64,000 bases of DNA from Acidimicrobiia bacterium. Lineage in GTDB: Bacteria > Actinomycetota > Acidimicrobiia > IMCC26256 > JBMOIW01. Under the pieces are notes generated by a model. It saw nothing but the letters and a program-made list of their open reading frames with translations. It was not told the origin of the DNA and did no database searches. Positions within the stretch are counted from its first letter, which is position 1. Each line of letters begins with the position of its first letter. This document shows positions 1 to 9,980 of this stretch, piece by piece. The stretch spans positions 20,133 to 84,132 of the forward strand of contig JBMOIW010000001.1 in assembly GCA_049317145.1 (NCBI GenBank), in the 5' to 3' direction. A program made the position numbers and the translations under genes.

Positions 1-58
1 CCTCGCTCGATGACTTCGAGATTCTAGGGGGTGCGTTGTGGCCGGGAACGGGCGGCCG

Positions 59-1396
59 TTAGGTGAGCGCCGCCGCTACGGTGCGCGCGAGGAGCTCTGC
101 AGTGTCGTTTGCGGTTCGGGGGTCAAGGTGTTCGACCATGACCCGCACCACCGGTTCAGTGCCTGAGGCACGCACAAGCACTCGGCCCTCGTCGCCGAAC
201 GCGCCCCGCACAGACTCCACCGTTGACCACACATCCGACGCGCCGTCGAGTCGAGCAACGTCACCAACGCGCACCGCACGCAGCTCCTGAGGGACGCGCA
301 CGAAAGGTGCGGCCAGGTTGGCCAGCGATTTGCCGGTGCGCACCATGAGTTCGAGCGTCAGCAATGCGGTCAATAACCCGTCCCCAGTCGGCGCAATCTC
401 GGAGAACACGATGTGCCCGGATTGTTCGCCACCCAACGAAAGGCCACGGGTGGAAAGCGCATCGAGAATGGCTCGATCGCCAACCGGAGTCTCGACAAGT
501 TCGATACCGCGTTCGGCGAGGGCGCGACGAAGGCCCAGGTTCGACATCACGGTGCAGGCAATCGCGTTTTTCGCTAATTCGCCCCGATCCGCCAGTGCAA
601 AAGCATGCATACCGAGCAACATGTCGCCGTCAACGATGTTTCCGGCCGCATCGGCCGCAATCACGCGATCGCCGTCACCGTCGAACGCGAATCCCACATC
701 GGCACCCGCTGCGACCACTGCCGCCGCAACCACTTCGGGGTGCGTCGCCCCACAACCGTCATTGATGTTGCAGCCATCAGGCACACCAGAAATGACCTCG
801 ACGATTGCGCCGAGTTCTCGCAATACGCGCGGCGCTGCTCCATAGGTTGCACCATTCGCGCAATCAACAACGACCCGCTGCGATGCGAATTCGTTTTGCA
901 CCTGACTGAGGAGTTGCACGATGTACCGATCGGTCGCACCAGCAATGCGCTGCACCACGCCTACTGCCGCATTGGCCCTCGCCTCGGCAGTTGTTGTTCC
1001 TGCGACGACTGCCTGCAAACGCGATTCGATTGCGCACTGATCGGCGTCGTTGAGTTTGCTGCCCCCACGTGCAAACACCTTGATTCCGTTGTCGCCGAAC
1101 GGGTTGTGGCTCGCCGTCAACATGACTGCGGGACAATCGCGTTCTTCCGCTAACCACGCCAACGCCGGGGTAGGCAATTCCCCAGCTTCTTGAACATTCG
1201 CACCTTCTGCCGCCAGACCGGCAGCGAGCGCGGATTCAAGGAGTGGTCCGGAGCGCCGGGTATCACGGGCCATGAGATAGGGCCGCTCAATTCCGAAGTG
1301 CTGCGCGATGGCGCGCCCCAGCGCGAGCACCGCCTCCGGGGTGAGCTCGACATTCGCAAGGCCGCGTACGCCATCCGTTCCAAAGCGAAGAGTCAC
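59..1396 (-). CDS. glmM: Phosphoglucosamine mutase
   Basis: 445-aa ORF. It has the N-terminus MTLRFGTDGVRG and the phosphoserine loop TASHNP typical of GlmM/phosphohexomutases. It sits downstream of rplM-rpsI, as in many bacteria. Confidence 0.93.
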   Translation of the reverse strand: MTLRFGTDGVRGLANVELTPEAVLALGRAIAQHFGIERPYLMARDTRRSGPLLESALAAGLAAEGANVQEAGELPTPALAWLAEERDCPAVMLTASHNPFGDNGIKVFARGGSKLNDADQCAIESRLQAVVAGTTTAEARANAAVGVVQRIAGATDRYIVQLLSQVQNEFASQRVVVDCANGATYGAAPRVLRELGAIVEVISGVPDGCNINDGCGATHPEVVAAAVVAAGADVGFAFDGDGDRVIAADAAGNIVDGDMLLGMHAFALADRGELAKNAIACTVMSNLGLRRALAERGIELVETPVGDRAILDALSTRGLSLGGEQSGHIVFSEIAPTGDGLLTALLTLELMVRTGKSLANLAAPFVRVPQELRAVRVGDVARLDGASDVWSTVESVRGAFGDEGRVLVRASGTEPVVRVMVEHLDPRTANDTAELLARTVAAALT

Positions 1397-1426
1397 GGCA
1401 ACGATCGTACTGGCCGGAACGCGACT

Positions 1427-1450
1427 CGGCGCAGGGGTTCCCCTGCGCCG
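1427..1450 (-). terminator. GC-rich hairpin between rpsI and glmM (terminator-like, no U-tract)
   Basis: Perfect inverted repeat CGGCGCAGGGG/CCCCTGCGCCG read directly from the sequence. It lies 15 nt after the rpsI stop and 30 nt before the glmM GTG. No T-run follows, so function is uncertain. Confidence 0.4.
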
Positions 1451-1465
1451 AGCACAATTTCCGGG

Positions 1466-1858
1466 TTAGCGCTTCGAGTACTGCGGCGCCTTACGGGCTT
1501 TCTTGAGCCCGTACTTACGGCGCTCCTTCTCCCGTGCATCACGCGTGAGCAAGCCTGCTTTCTTGAGCGGCGGACGCGCGTCGGTATCGAGCGTGCTGAG
1601 CGCTCGAGCAATTCCCAGACGCAATGCTCCGGCTTGGCCGCTGATACCTCCACCATCAACCGTGGCGTCGACGTCGTAGACATCGGCGGTCTGGGTAATA
1701 CGCAATGCTTCCGTCGCCAGCACGCGATGCGTCAAGACGGGGAACGCTTCTTCAAACGCACGGCCGTTCACCACGATCTTGCCGGTACCGGGACGAATAC
1801 GGACCCGAGCGACTGCGGTTTTGCGACGACCAGTCGTCTGGATGAGGGGCTTAGGCAC
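1466..1858 (-). CDS. rpsI: 30S ribosomal protein S9
   Basis: C-terminus ...[12 protein letters not shown] and core [11 protein letters not shown] match S9. The track ORF extends to 1948 and overlaps rplM. An in-frame GTG at 1858 preceded by GAAAGGA gives a typical 130-aa S9. Confidence 0.92.
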   Translation of the reverse strand: MPKPLIQTTGRRKTAVARVRIRPGTGKIVVNGRAFEEAFPVLTHRVLATEALRITQTADVYDVDATVDGGGISGQAGALRLGIARALSTLDTDARPPLKKAGLLTRDAREKERRKYGLKKARKAPQYSKR

Positions 1859-1868
1859 AGCGTTCCTT

Positions 1869-2312
1869 TCAGGCGGGCTTGCGAGTAGCGATAACGCGCG
1901 GTGACGGCGACTGCGCGATGTGCGGGTGTGACGCGTCGGAATAGACACGCAGCTTCTTAATCATCTGACGACCGAGGCGCCCTTTTGGAAGCATGCCCTT
2001 GACCGCCAAGCGAATCAGACGCTCCGGGTTGTTGTTCAACATGTTGCCGAGCGTCATGGTGCGCAAGCCACCCGGGTAACCGGAGTGACGGTGGTATTCC
2101 TTCGTCGCACGCCGCGCGCTGACGTCCAGCTTCGACGCGTTAATCACGATGACATGATCGCCCGTGTCGACATGGGGAGCCCATGTCGGTTTGTGCTTGC
2201 CCCGCAGCAGGTGCGCGACTTCGGTGGCGAGGCGGCCCAGAACGAGTCCTTCCGCATCGATGACGTGCCATTGGCGCTCGATGGTGGCCGCCGAAGGCTG
2301 GTATGTACGCAT
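1869..2312 (-). CDS. rplM: 50S ribosomal protein L13
   Basis: 147-aa ORF with the typical L13 N-terminus [30 protein letters not shown]. It forms the conserved rplM-rpsI pair. Confidence 0.96.
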   Translation of the reverse strand: MRTYQPSAATIERQWHVIDAEGLVLGRLATEVAHLLRGKHKPTWAPHVDTGDHVIVINASKLDVSARRATKEYHRHSGYPGGLRTMTLGNMLNNNPERLIRLAVKGMLPKGRLGRQMIKKLRVYSDASHPHIAQSPSPRVIATRKPA

Positions 2313-2504
2313 AGTGAACTTCCGTCGGTAAGAGACTTGGCCCCCAAATGGCAGGCCAAGATGCGACCCGTAAGGCTAGCGGCGGGCTGGCGAATTGGGC
2401 AATCCGACGCCCCGGCGGCACCCAAACCCGGCATTGGCAACCCGCTCCACCCTAGGGCCCGCCGGGGTCTAGGATCTGCGGCCAACACCCGTCAAGGAGT
2501 CCCT

Positions 2505-3155
2505 ATGCGTCGCCCGCTCGGCTTGCTCGCTCTTGGATTGCTCGCTATCGCCCTTGGTGCCTGCGGCGGTGGAGGGGGATCCAGCTCGAAGAACGACAAC
2601 GCCTACGCAAAGCTCGTCGAGAAGGGCAACAACGCAAAGGTCAAAATCACCTACCGCTACTCGGACGGCTCGACCTCGACGATCATCCAAGACCCGCCGA
2701 AACGGGCATTCCTCCTCGCCGGCGATACGGCGATCTACGAAGAAGATTCGAAGACATGGGTGGTTTGCAGCAATGTCGGCAATGCAGATGTTTCATGTTC
2801 GAAGGTCGACAGCTCCCCTTTTTTCAAGGGGTATGCCGGTGTAGGTGATGGCTGGCTCACCGAAATCCTCAAAACCAAAGATCTTCCTGGGGTGACGCTC
2901 ATCGGCGAAAAACAAATTGCCGGCCGAACTGCAACCTGTGCCACCTACAGCTTGCCCGACCTCGGCTCCGGAAAAGTCGAGAGCTGCGTAGACAAAGACA
3001 CCGGTGTTGTGCTCCTCTGGAAGGCGACCGACGATGGCAAGACCAACTTTGCGCTCGAAGCAACCGAGGTCTCAACTCCGAAGGCCAGTGACTTCACACC
3101 TCCGGCAACACCCAGCGACCTGAACTCGCTGTTCCCGACGACCACCACGAACTAG
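2505..3155 (+). CDS. Putative secreted lipoprotein, unknown function
   Basis: In-frame ATG at 2505 is preceded by AAGGAG. The N-terminus MRRPLGLLALGLLAIALGAC has a signal peptide plus a lipobox (LGAC), followed by a Gly/Ser linker. The longer track ORF (2085) is antisense to rplM and was discounted. Confidence 0.7.
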   Translation: MRRPLGLLALGLLAIALGACGGGGGSSSKNDNAYAKLVEKGNNAKVKITYRYSDGSTSTIIQDPPKRAFLLAGDTAIYEEDSKTWVVCSNVGNADVSCSKVDSSPFFKGYAGVGDGWLTEILKTKDLPGVTLIGEKQIAGRTATCATYSLPDLGSGKVESCVDKDTGVVLLWKATDDGKTNFALEATEVSTPKASDFTPPATPSDLNSLFPTTTTN

Positions 3156-3171
3156 CAAAGAAACAGCTCCG

Positions 3172-3933
3172 CTAGTCGTACGTCACCTCGTGGAGGCACA
3201 GCCCGTGCGGCGGGGCCGGATTACCGGCCGCCGCCCGTGAGCGGGCTCGCAGAATGCTGAGCATGTCGCCTGGGCGCTTCTTTCCAAGGCCCGTCTCGAC
3301 CAACGTGCCCACGAGTGAGCGCACCATCTGCCAACAAAACGCAGTGGCTTCAACCTCGTAGCGCAAGATACCGTTCCCAAGATCAGTCCAGTGAGATTCG
3401 CGCACCATGCGTTTGGTCGTTGAACCCGCGGGCCCCTTTCGACAAAACGATGCGAAGTCATGCTCGCCGATAACAACATCCGCCGCCAGCCGCATTACCG
3501 CTAGGTCGAGTGCGTCGGGAACATGCCACGCGTAGCGGGCCAGAAATGGATCTGCGCTTGGCGTGTTCAGCACGGTGTAGCGATAGCGACGTCCGGTCGC
3601 CGAGTGGCGAGCGTCAAAGCCGTCCGCCGCAATCCACGCATCACGCACAACAATCTCGGGTCCCAGCATCCCGTTCAGGGCGCGCACGATCCGAGTGAGA
3701 TCCGCGGAAGTTCTGGCCGCAAAACTTACGACCTGGCCCCACGCGTGCACGCCGGCATCCGTTCGACCCGCGCACGCGACTTCGACCTTGCGACGCGTCA
3801 CCTTGGAGAGCACGCGATTGAGCTCACCGGCAACGGTGCGCACATCGTCGCCTTGCGCGGCGAAGCCCCGAAAGTCGGTGCCGTCGTACGCTATGACGAG
3901 GGCAACGGTGGCCGGGGCTTCGTGGAAACTCAA
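3172..3933 (-). CDS. truA: tRNA pseudouridine(38-40) synthase
   Basis: 253-aa ORF with the catalytic motif GRTDAGVHA. It sits downstream of rplQ, as in many bacteria. Confidence 0.92.
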   Translation of the reverse strand: MSFHEAPATVALVIAYDGTDFRGFAAQGDDVRTVAGELNRVLSKVTRRKVEVACAGRTDAGVHAWGQVVSFAARTSADLTRIVRALNGMLGPEIVVRDAWIAADGFDARHSATGRRYRYTVLNTPSADPFLARYAWHVPDALDLAVMRLAADVVIGEHDFASFCRKGPAGSTTKRMVRESHWTDLGNGILRYEVEATAFCWQMVRSLVGTLVETGLGKKRPGDMLSILRARSRAAAGNPAPPHGLCLHEVTYD

Positions 3934-3963
3934 TGAACGACGACCTCCAGGGTCGCCTGCGGG

Positions 3964-4314
3964 TTAGACCAGCTCGATACGCGCCATCGGCGCGTTATCG
4001 CCCGGGCGCGGACCCAACTTGTAGATACGGGTATACCCACCATTCCGGTCGGCGTAACGCGGGGCAATATCATTGAACAGCATCGCGGCCGCGCTCTTAT
4101 CGTGGATGCGTCCAACGACGAGTCGCTGGCGGTGAACCCCACCTTGTTTTGCCTTCGTGATCAACTTCTCGGCGTAGGGGCGCAGCGCCTTCGCGCGCGT
4201 AAGCGTCGTGGTGATCGCACCCGCCTCAAAGAGGCTGGCTGCCATATTCGCCATCATGAGTTTTTGGTGACCGGCACTGCGGCCGAACCGCGGGCCTTTC
4301 TTCGGTGCAGGCAT
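3964..4314 (-). CDS. rplQ: 50S ribosomal protein L17
   Basis: 116 aa, starting [20 protein letters not shown]. It is in the alpha-operon position after rpoA. Confidence 0.96.
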   Translation of the reverse strand: MPAPKKGPRFGRSAGHQKLMMANMAASLFEAGAITTTLTRAKALRPYAEKLITKAKQGGVHRQRLVVGRIHDKSAAAMLFNDIAPRYADRNGGYTRIYKLGPRPGDNAPMARIELV

Positions 4315-4317
4315 GCG

Positions 4318-5253
4318 TTACTCCTTGACCCGCAGCGCAAGACCGCGCTCGTCGAGCTTTTGTACAACTTCGTCGAGCGATTTCGAACCGAAGTTCGTGA
4401 TCGCCAACAGTTCGTCTTCGGTCTTCATCACGAGCTGACCAATGGTGTCGACGCGGGCCCGCTTGAGACAGTTGCGCGGTCGCTCCGAGAGGTCGAGCTC
4501 TTCGATTGCGAGATCGAGGTCCGGCGAGGTGCTCGTCGTCGTCGACACTTCGCCAAGTTCAAGGCCCTTGGGCTCTGCCGAAAGATCCGCGACCAAGCTG
4601 ATCAAGCTACGCAGCGTGTCGCCCGCCGACGCAAGTGCCTCACGGGGCGAGATCGAACCGTCAGTCTCGATTTCGATGTTCAGCTTGTCGTAGTTGGTGG
4701 CCTGCTCCACCCGGGTGGGCTCCACCGAGAACGAGACGCGTCGCACCGGCGAGAAGATGGCGTCGACCGGAATAACTCCAATGGTCGTCGTGCGCTTGCC
4801 CCGATCCGACGAGAGGTAACCACGACCCTGTTCGATCGTGAGATCGAGGGAGAGACGCCCTTTGTCGTTGACCGTTGCGAGGTGCAGATCGCCGCTCAAG
4901 ATCTCTACATCCGACGTGGTCTGGATGTCTTTCGCCGTCACCTCGGCCGGGCCGCGCACGTCAAGGCGCAGACTGATCGGCTCGGTGGCTGTGCACGTCA
5001 TCACGATGTCTTTGATGTTCAAGATGAGATCGGTGACGTCCTCTTTTACGCCGGGAATCGTGTCGAACTCGTGGAGCGCTTCATCGAAACGCACCTGAGT
5101 AACTGCCGCCCCCGGAATCGAGGAGAGCAACGTGCGCCGGATGGCGTTACCGAGGGTGTGACCGAAGCCCGGCTCGAGCGGTGCGATCGAGAAGGACTGA
5201 ATGGTGCCTTCCGGTTCGCCGGCTTCAATCTCTGGACGCTGGATGATCAGCAT
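4318..5253 (-). CDS. rpoA: DNA-directed RNA polymerase subunit alpha
   Basis: 311 aa with an N-terminal domain (LEPGFGHTLGNAIRRTLLSSIPG) and a C-terminal domain (ELDLSERPRNCLKRA). Confidence 0.97.
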   Translation of the reverse strand: MLIIQRPEIEAGEPEGTIQSFSIAPLEPGFGHTLGNAIRRTLLSSIPGAAVTQVRFDEALHEFDTIPGVKEDVTDLILNIKDIVMTCTATEPISLRLDVRGPAEVTAKDIQTTSDVEILSGDLHLATVNDKGRLSLDLTIEQGRGYLSSDRGKRTTTIGVIPVDAIFSPVRRVSFSVEPTRVEQATNYDKLNIEIETDGSISPREALASAGDTLRSLISLVADLSAEPKGLELGEVSTTTSTSPDLDLAIEELDLSERPRNCLKRARVDTIGQLVMKTEDELLAITNFGSKSLDEVVQKLDERGLALRVKE

Positions 5254-5296
5254 GGACTGCTCACTTCACAGATGCGGGGCAATGCCCTAGTTCGGA

Positions 5297-5920
5297 CTAC
5301 TTGGAGTAGAGCTCGACGATGAGCTGCTCGCGCACGGGGATGTCGATCTGCTCGCGGAGCGGGAGATCACGAACCGTGGCGGTAAGTTCGGTGGACGCCA
5401 CCTCGAGCCACATCGGAACGGTGTGGTCCAAGGTGTCGAGGTTGTGTCGGATCACAATCCAGTTCTTCGACTTCTCGCGGAACGACACGCTGTCGCCCTT
5501 GCGGACTTCGTAGGACGGAACGGTGACGCGCTTGCCGTTCACGAGGATGTGCCCGTGACGAACAAACTGACGGGCCTGGTTGCGACTCGCCGCAAACCCC
5601 GCACGAAACACGACGTTGTCGAGCCGGAGTTCGAGCATACGCAGCAGGTTTTCACCCGTGATGCCCTTTTGGCGCGCCGCCTCGGCGTACACCGTGCGGA
5701 ACTGACGCTCCAACACACCGTAGATACGACGTGCCTTTTGCTTCTCGCGCAACTGCGTAAGGTATTCGCTGTCGCGCACACGACCACGGCCGTGCAGACC
5801 CGGCGGGTACGGACGCTTTTCGATCGGGCACTTCATCGTTTCGCACTTCGCGCCCTTCAAGAAGAGCTTCATGCGCTCACGCCGACAAAGGCGGCACACA
5901 GGACCGGTATAACGAGCCAT
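5297..5920 (-). CDS. rpsD: 30S ribosomal protein S4
   Basis: The internal ATG at 5920 gives 207 aa starting MARYTGPVCRLCRRERMKLFLKG. The longer track ORF (to 6184) overlaps rpsK out of frame. Confidence 0.95.
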   Translation of the reverse strand: MARYTGPVCRLCRRERMKLFLKGAKCETMKCPIEKRPYPPGLHGRGRVRDSEYLTQLREKQKARRIYGVLERQFRTVYAEAARQKGITGENLLRMLELRLDNVVFRAGFAASRNQARQFVRHGHILVNGKRVTVPSYEVRKGDSVSFREKSKNWIVIRHNLDTLDHTVPMWLEVASTELTATVRDLPLREQIDIPVREQLIVELYSK

Positions 5921-5922
5921 GA

Positions 5923-6321
5923 TCAGACCCTCCGCCGCTTGCGAGGACGGCATCCGTTGTGCGGCATCGGAGTGACGTCTTTGATTCCGACGACTTCGAT
6001 ACCGGCGTTTTGAATCGAGCGAATAGCGGTTTCGCGACCTGAGCCAGGACCTTTCACCACGACATCGACTTTGCGTATTCCGTGTTCCATGGCGCGTCGA
6101 GCCGCGGTCTCGGCGGCGAGCTGCGCAGCGAACGGGGTCGACTTGCGAGATCCCTTGAACCCGACGTTGCCGGACGATGCCCACGAAAGGACGTTGCCCT
6201 GCTGGTCGGAAATGCTGACGATGGTGTTGTTGAACGACGACTTGATGTGCACGATGCCGTACGGAACGTTCTTTCGTTCACGGCGGCGCGGCTTGCGGCC
6301 GGTCGTTGCGGGCTTTGCCAC
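5923..6321 (-). CDS. rpsK: 30S ribosomal protein S11
   Basis: 132 aa containing [18 protein letters not shown] and [13 protein letters not shown]. Confidence 0.97.
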   Translation of the reverse strand: MAKPATTGRKPRRRERKNVPYGIVHIKSSFNNTIVSISDQQGNVLSWASSGNVGFKGSRKSTPFAAQLAAETAARRAMEHGIRKVDVVVKGPGSGRETAIRSIQNAGIEVVGIKDVTPMPHNGCRPRKRRRV

Positions 6322-6337
6322 GAATAACTCCCTTTAC

Positions 6338-6715
6338 CTACTTAGCGGCCTTTTTCTTCCCCGCCACGGTCTTGCGCGGTCCCTTGCGGGTACGCGCATT
6401 CGTGCGGGTGCGCTGGCCGCGTACCGGAAGGCCGCGGCGGTGCCGGATGCCTTCGTACGTGCCAATTTCCATCTTGCGCTTGATGTTCTGCGCAACTTCG
6501 CGACGCAGGTCACCTTCGACTTTGCAGTTCTGGTCGATGTACGAACGCAGCGCTGCAATTTCTTCGTCAGTGAGATCGCGTACGCGCGTATCCCGGTTGG
6601 TACCGGTGTTGTCACAGATCTCTTGAGCAGTTGTACGACCAATTCCGAAGATGTAGGTGAGCGAGATTTCGACTCGCTTTTCACGCGGAACGTCGACGCC
6701 GGCAATACGGGCCAT
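6338..6715 (-). CDS. rpsM: 30S ribosomal protein S13
   Basis: 125 aa starting [26 protein letters not shown]. Confidence 0.97.
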   Translation of the reverse strand: MARIAGVDVPREKRVEISLTYIFGIGRTTAQEICDNTGTNRDTRVRDLTDEEIAALRSYIDQNCKVEGDLRREVAQNIKRKMEIGTYEGIRHRRGLPVRGQRTRTNARTRKGPRKTVAGKKKAAK

Positions 6716-6730
6716 GGGTGTGTTCGCCTC

Positions 6731-6844
6731 CTAGCCCTGCCGCTGCTTGTGGCGGGGGTTCTCACAGATGACGCGCACCGCGCCGTGGCGGCGGATCACC
6801 TTGCACTTTTCACAAATCTTTTTGACCGAGGGTCGGACCTTCAT
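6731..6844 (-). CDS. rpmJ: 50S ribosomal protein L36 (zinc-binding form)
   Basis: Not in the ORF track because it is under 60 aa. Hand translation gives [37 protein letters not shown] (37 aa). It lies between infA and rpsM. Confidence 0.93.
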   Translation of the reverse strand: MKVRPSVKKICEKCKVIRRHGAVRVICENPRHKQRQG

Positions 6845-6868
6845 GTCGTTCCTTGCTCGCAGGTCGAG

Positions 6869-7105
6869 CTACTTGTACCGATACGTAATGCGACCACGGC
6901 TCAAGTCGTAGGGCGTGAGCTCTACTTGAACCTTGTCGCCCGGAAGGATGCGGATGTAATGCATACGCATCTTTCCGGAAATGTGGGCAAGCACCTTGTG
7001 CCCGTTTTCGAGCTCGACCCGAAACATTGCGTTCGGTAACGGTTCGACAACGGTGCCCTCGACGAGGATTGCGTCGTCCTTGGGCTTAGCCAGTGTGCAC
7101 ACCAC
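6869..7105 (-). CDS. infA: Translation initiation factor IF-1
   Basis: The core [48 protein letters not shown] is unmistakable IF-1. The start is ambiguous: GTG at 7105 or 7102, or CTG at 7093. Confidence 0.93.
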   Translation of the reverse strand: MVCTLAKPKDDAILVEGTVVEPLPNAMFRVELENGHKVLAHISGKMRMHYIRILPGDKVQVELTPYDLSRGRITYRYK

Positions 7106-7162
7106 CTTCTGCGGGTCAGGTCGACCCAGAAATAATTTCCGATTTAGGGACGGCGGAGAAGA

Positions 7163-7954
7163 TTACACGGGTGCCGTCGGCGGGTCCAAAGGGCCCCACG
7201 GCAGGGTCAAGACCTCGGCGCCATCAGGCCCAATTGCGATGGTGTGCTCGAAGTGGGCGGCCCGGCCCCCGTCTTTGGTGACGACGGTCCAGCCGTCGGC
7301 GAGCACATCGGTCGTGGCGTCTCCCGTTACGACGATGGGCTCAATTGCAATGGTGTTGCCGAGCTCCAGACGAACCTTGCGGTCGGCGCCCCCGGCAAAG
7401 TTCGCTACCTCCGGAGGCTCATGCATGGCCCGCCCGATGCCGTGTCCGCTGTAGTCCTCCACCACCGCGAAACCCGCGGCTCCAACGGTCGTCTCGATCG
7501 CCGCCCCAATCGCTCCCAGGCGCACCCCTGGACGAGCGCATGCAATCGCCGCCGACAACGCCGCGCGTGTCGCATCGATCAGCCGGCGGGCCTCCTCGTC
7601 AACGTCGCCGACGGGGACGGTGATCGCCGCATCAGCGTGCCAACCATTGACGATGGCGCCGCAATCGATCGAGACGATGTCCCCATCGCGCAACACGTCA
7701 CCGTTCGGGATTCCGTGTACAACCGCAGTGTTTACCGACGCGCAAATTACTGCCGGAAATCCGTGGTACCCGAGGAAATTCGACGTTGCGTTGCGCAACT
7801 CCAAGACCTGCGACGCTGCGGCATTGAGTTCCGCCGTCGTTGCTCCAGGCTTTGCTGCGCGAGCGCATACTTCGTGCATCTCCGCAATCACCCGACCGGC
7901 AGCTCGCATCCAACGCAACGCTTCGGCGTCACGTGGAGTCATGCGCATACGCAT
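7163..7954 (-). CDS. map: Type I methionine aminopeptidase
   Basis: 263 aa with metal-site context (VHGIPN, IVSIDCGA, GWHADAA, GHGIGRAMHE). It is in the adk-map-infA order. Confidence 0.93.
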   Translation of the reverse strand: MRMRMTPRDAEALRWMRAAGRVIAEMHEVCARAAKPGATTAELNAAASQVLELRNATSNFLGYHGFPAVICASVNTAVVHGIPNGDVLRDGDIVSIDCGAIVNGWHADAAITVPVGDVDEEARRLIDATRAALSAAIACARPGVRLGAIGAAIETTVGAAGFAVVEDYSGHGIGRAMHEPPEVANFAGGADRKVRLELGNTIAIEPIVVTGDATTDVLADGWTVVTKDGGRAAHFEHTIAIGPDGAEVLTLPWGPLDPPTAPV

Positions 7955-7956
7955 CG

Positions 7957-8628
7957 TTAGCTAATGGCCGAGGTATGGCGAGCGTCGACCACCGCAACCA
8001 GTCGCGCAAATACATCGTCGGTTGCGCCGACGCCATCGACAGTGACGAGCAATCCCTGAGCTTCGTAGTACTCGAGCAAGGGCACAGTTTCGGCTCGGTA
8101 TAACTCCAACCGACGCGCGATCGCTGCTTCGGTGTCGTCGTCGCGTTGCACCACCGGCTCGCCACACAGATCACAACGCCAACCCTGCTGCGGCGGGTGA
8201 TTCACGTGATAAATCTGCCCACAACCGGTGCAGGTACGCCGGCCCGCCAAACGGTCCAGCACGATCGCATCGGATACCTCGAGGTGAATCACCACGTCGA
8301 GCGATTCGGTACCCATCAAGCCGTCGAGCGCTTCCGCTTGCGTTGCCGTGCGGGGAAAACCGTCGAGCACGTAGCCGGTCTCGGGCCCGATGTGCGCAGC
8401 GAAGTGCTCGCGCACCATGCCCACCACAACGTCATCTGGCACCAGGTTGCCGTCGTCTATGTAGGGCTGGGCCAACTGTCCGTAGGGAGTGCGCGCGCGA
8501 ATCGCAGCCCGGAATAAGTCTCCGGTCGAGAGATGCAGCACCCGGTAGTGGTCGGCAAGGCGTGCTGCCTGCGTTCCCTTACCAGCGCCCTGCTTCCCGA
8601 GGATCAGCAGCCGAGGTGCGCGCGTCAT
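7957..8628 (-). CDS. adk: Adenylate kinase (zinc-lid type)
   Basis: P-loop LILGKQGAGKGTQ. The lid carries CTGC...CDLC (four Cys). Confidence 0.94.
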   Translation of the reverse strand: MTRAPRLLILGKQGAGKGTQAARLADHYRVLHLSTGDLFRAAIRARTPYGQLAQPYIDDGNLVPDDVVVGMVREHFAAHIGPETGYVLDGFPRTATQAEALDGLMGTESLDVVIHLEVSDAIVLDRLAGRRTCTGCGQIYHVNHPPQQGWRCDLCGEPVVQRDDDTEAAIARRLELYRAETVPLLEYYEAQGLLVTVDGVGATDDVFARLVAVVDARHTSAIS

Positions 8629-9923
8629 GGCGTCGCCAGGAAACCCTCGTAGTTACGCAGCGTGAGTTGGCTGTCGATCTGTTTCATGGTTTCCAACGCC
8701 ACGCCCACAGTGATTAGCAACGACGTGCCACCGAACGGGAAGTTCTTGATATTCCAGATCGCGATGACCAACAACGGCACCAACGCAATGATCGCCAAGA
8801 AGATTGCTCCGGGCAGCGTGATCCGATTCAAGATTCGGGCGAGATAACGCTCCGTCGGGGGACCGGGACGAATCCCGGGAATGAACCCGCCTTGTTTCCG
8901 AATGATGTCGGCCTGCTGCTGCGGGTTGAACGCAATGGCGTTGTAGAAATACGTGAAGAAGATGATGAGCAACGTAAAGAGCGAGATGTAGATCCACCCC
9001 GTTCCCTGCACGAGGTGCGTGTCGACCCATTTCTGGAATCCGGTCCACGGAGTGATCTGAGCGATCACTGCCGGGAACTGCAGCAGGGTGCTCGCAAAGA
9101 TGACCGGAACCACACCCGCTTGGTTGACCTTGAGCGGGATGAACGTGCTCTGCCCGCCATACATTCGGCGGCCGACGACCCGCTTGGCGAACTGCACTGG
9201 TATTCGCCGCTGCCCCGACTCGACGAAGACGACACCCACAATCATGGCGAGACCCACACCGATGATCACGAAGAACTGCAGCTTGGTACCTTCCTGCCAC
9301 ACCCCGACCAATTGCGCAGGAAGCTGAGAAACCACCGAGGTGAAGATCAGCAACGACATACCGTTCCCGATACCGCGTTGGGTGATGAGCTCAGAGAACC
9401 ACATCACGAGCGCCGTACCCGCGACCAGCGAAACCACCACGAGCGCACCACGCCAGATGTTGAGCTGTCCCAAGAAAATGCTATTGAGCTGAGTCCCGAG
9501 GAAGTTGCCACCCCGGCTCCACGCAATGGTGAGCCCCACCGACTGGACGAGGGCCAACACGAGCGTGACGTAGCGCGTCCACTGGGTGATCTTCTTCTGG
9601 CCGGTCTGCCCTTCCTGCTGCCACTGTTCCAGCTTCGGAATAGCCACCGTCAGCAACTGCATGATGATCGATGCCGTGATGTAGGGCATGATCCCCAGCG
9701 CGAAGACTGCGCCGTGCAGTAACCCTCCACCAGAGAAGAGGTTCAACAGACCCACGACACCGTTTTGGGTGGCTTGATCTGAGATCTGCTTTACGGTCGA
9801 CAGATCGATGTAGGGCAGCGGCAGGTACGTCCCAAACCGGAACAGCGCAATGACGCAGATCGTGAAAAGGATCTTCTTGCGCAGGTCGGGAACCCGGAAC
9901 ATGTTCCGCAAGCGGGAAAACAC
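8625..9923 (-). CDS. secY: Preprotein translocase subunit SecY
   Basis: 432-aa polytopic membrane protein with SecY signatures (GIMPYITASIIMQLL, GGQSTFIPLKVN). Its stop overlaps the adk start by 4 nt. Confidence 0.96.
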   Translation of the reverse strand: MFSRLRNMFRVPDLRKKILFTICVIALFRFGTYLPLPYIDLSTVKQISDQATQNGVVGLLNLFSGGGLLHGAVFALGIMPYITASIIMQLLTVAIPKLEQWQQEGQTGQKKITQWTRYVTLVLALVQSVGLTIAWSRGGNFLGTQLNSIFLGQLNIWRGALVVVSLVAGTALVMWFSELITQRGIGNGMSLLIFTSVVSQLPAQLVGVWQEGTKLQFFVIIGVGLAMIVGVVFVESGQRRIPVQFAKRVVGRRMYGGQSTFIPLKVNQAGVVPVIFASTLLQFPAVIAQITPWTGFQKWVDTHLVQGTGWIYISLFTLLIIFFTYFYNAIAFNPQQQADIIRKQGGFIPGIRPGPPTERYLARILNRITLPGAIFLAIIALVPLLVIAIWNIKNFPFGGTSLLITVGVALETMKQIDSQLTLRNYEGFLATP

Positions 9924-9980
9924 GCTTGAAGCCTCCTGGAGAGAACCGGGTCTCCGGGGAAATCCCCGGAAGCGCCGAGC

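Noticed and set aside
2336-2360. 7-bp hairpin CTTGGCC...GGCCAAG in the rplM 5' region, considered as a ribosomal-protein leader
   Set aside because: The stem is short with an 11-nt loop, and I cannot compare it to any covariance model. The evidence is insufficient to call it a regulatory RNA.
5921-6184. N-terminal extensions of track ORFs for rpsD, and likewise rpsI, rplF, rplD, rplC, rplJ, rplA, rpmC, rpmG, nuoI, nuoB, nuoM, nuoN and MidA
   Set aside because: The extensions overlap the preceding conserved gene and are Arg-rich nonsense. In each case an internal start gives the canonical family N-terminus, usually with a ribosome-binding site or an ATGA/GTGA overlap.
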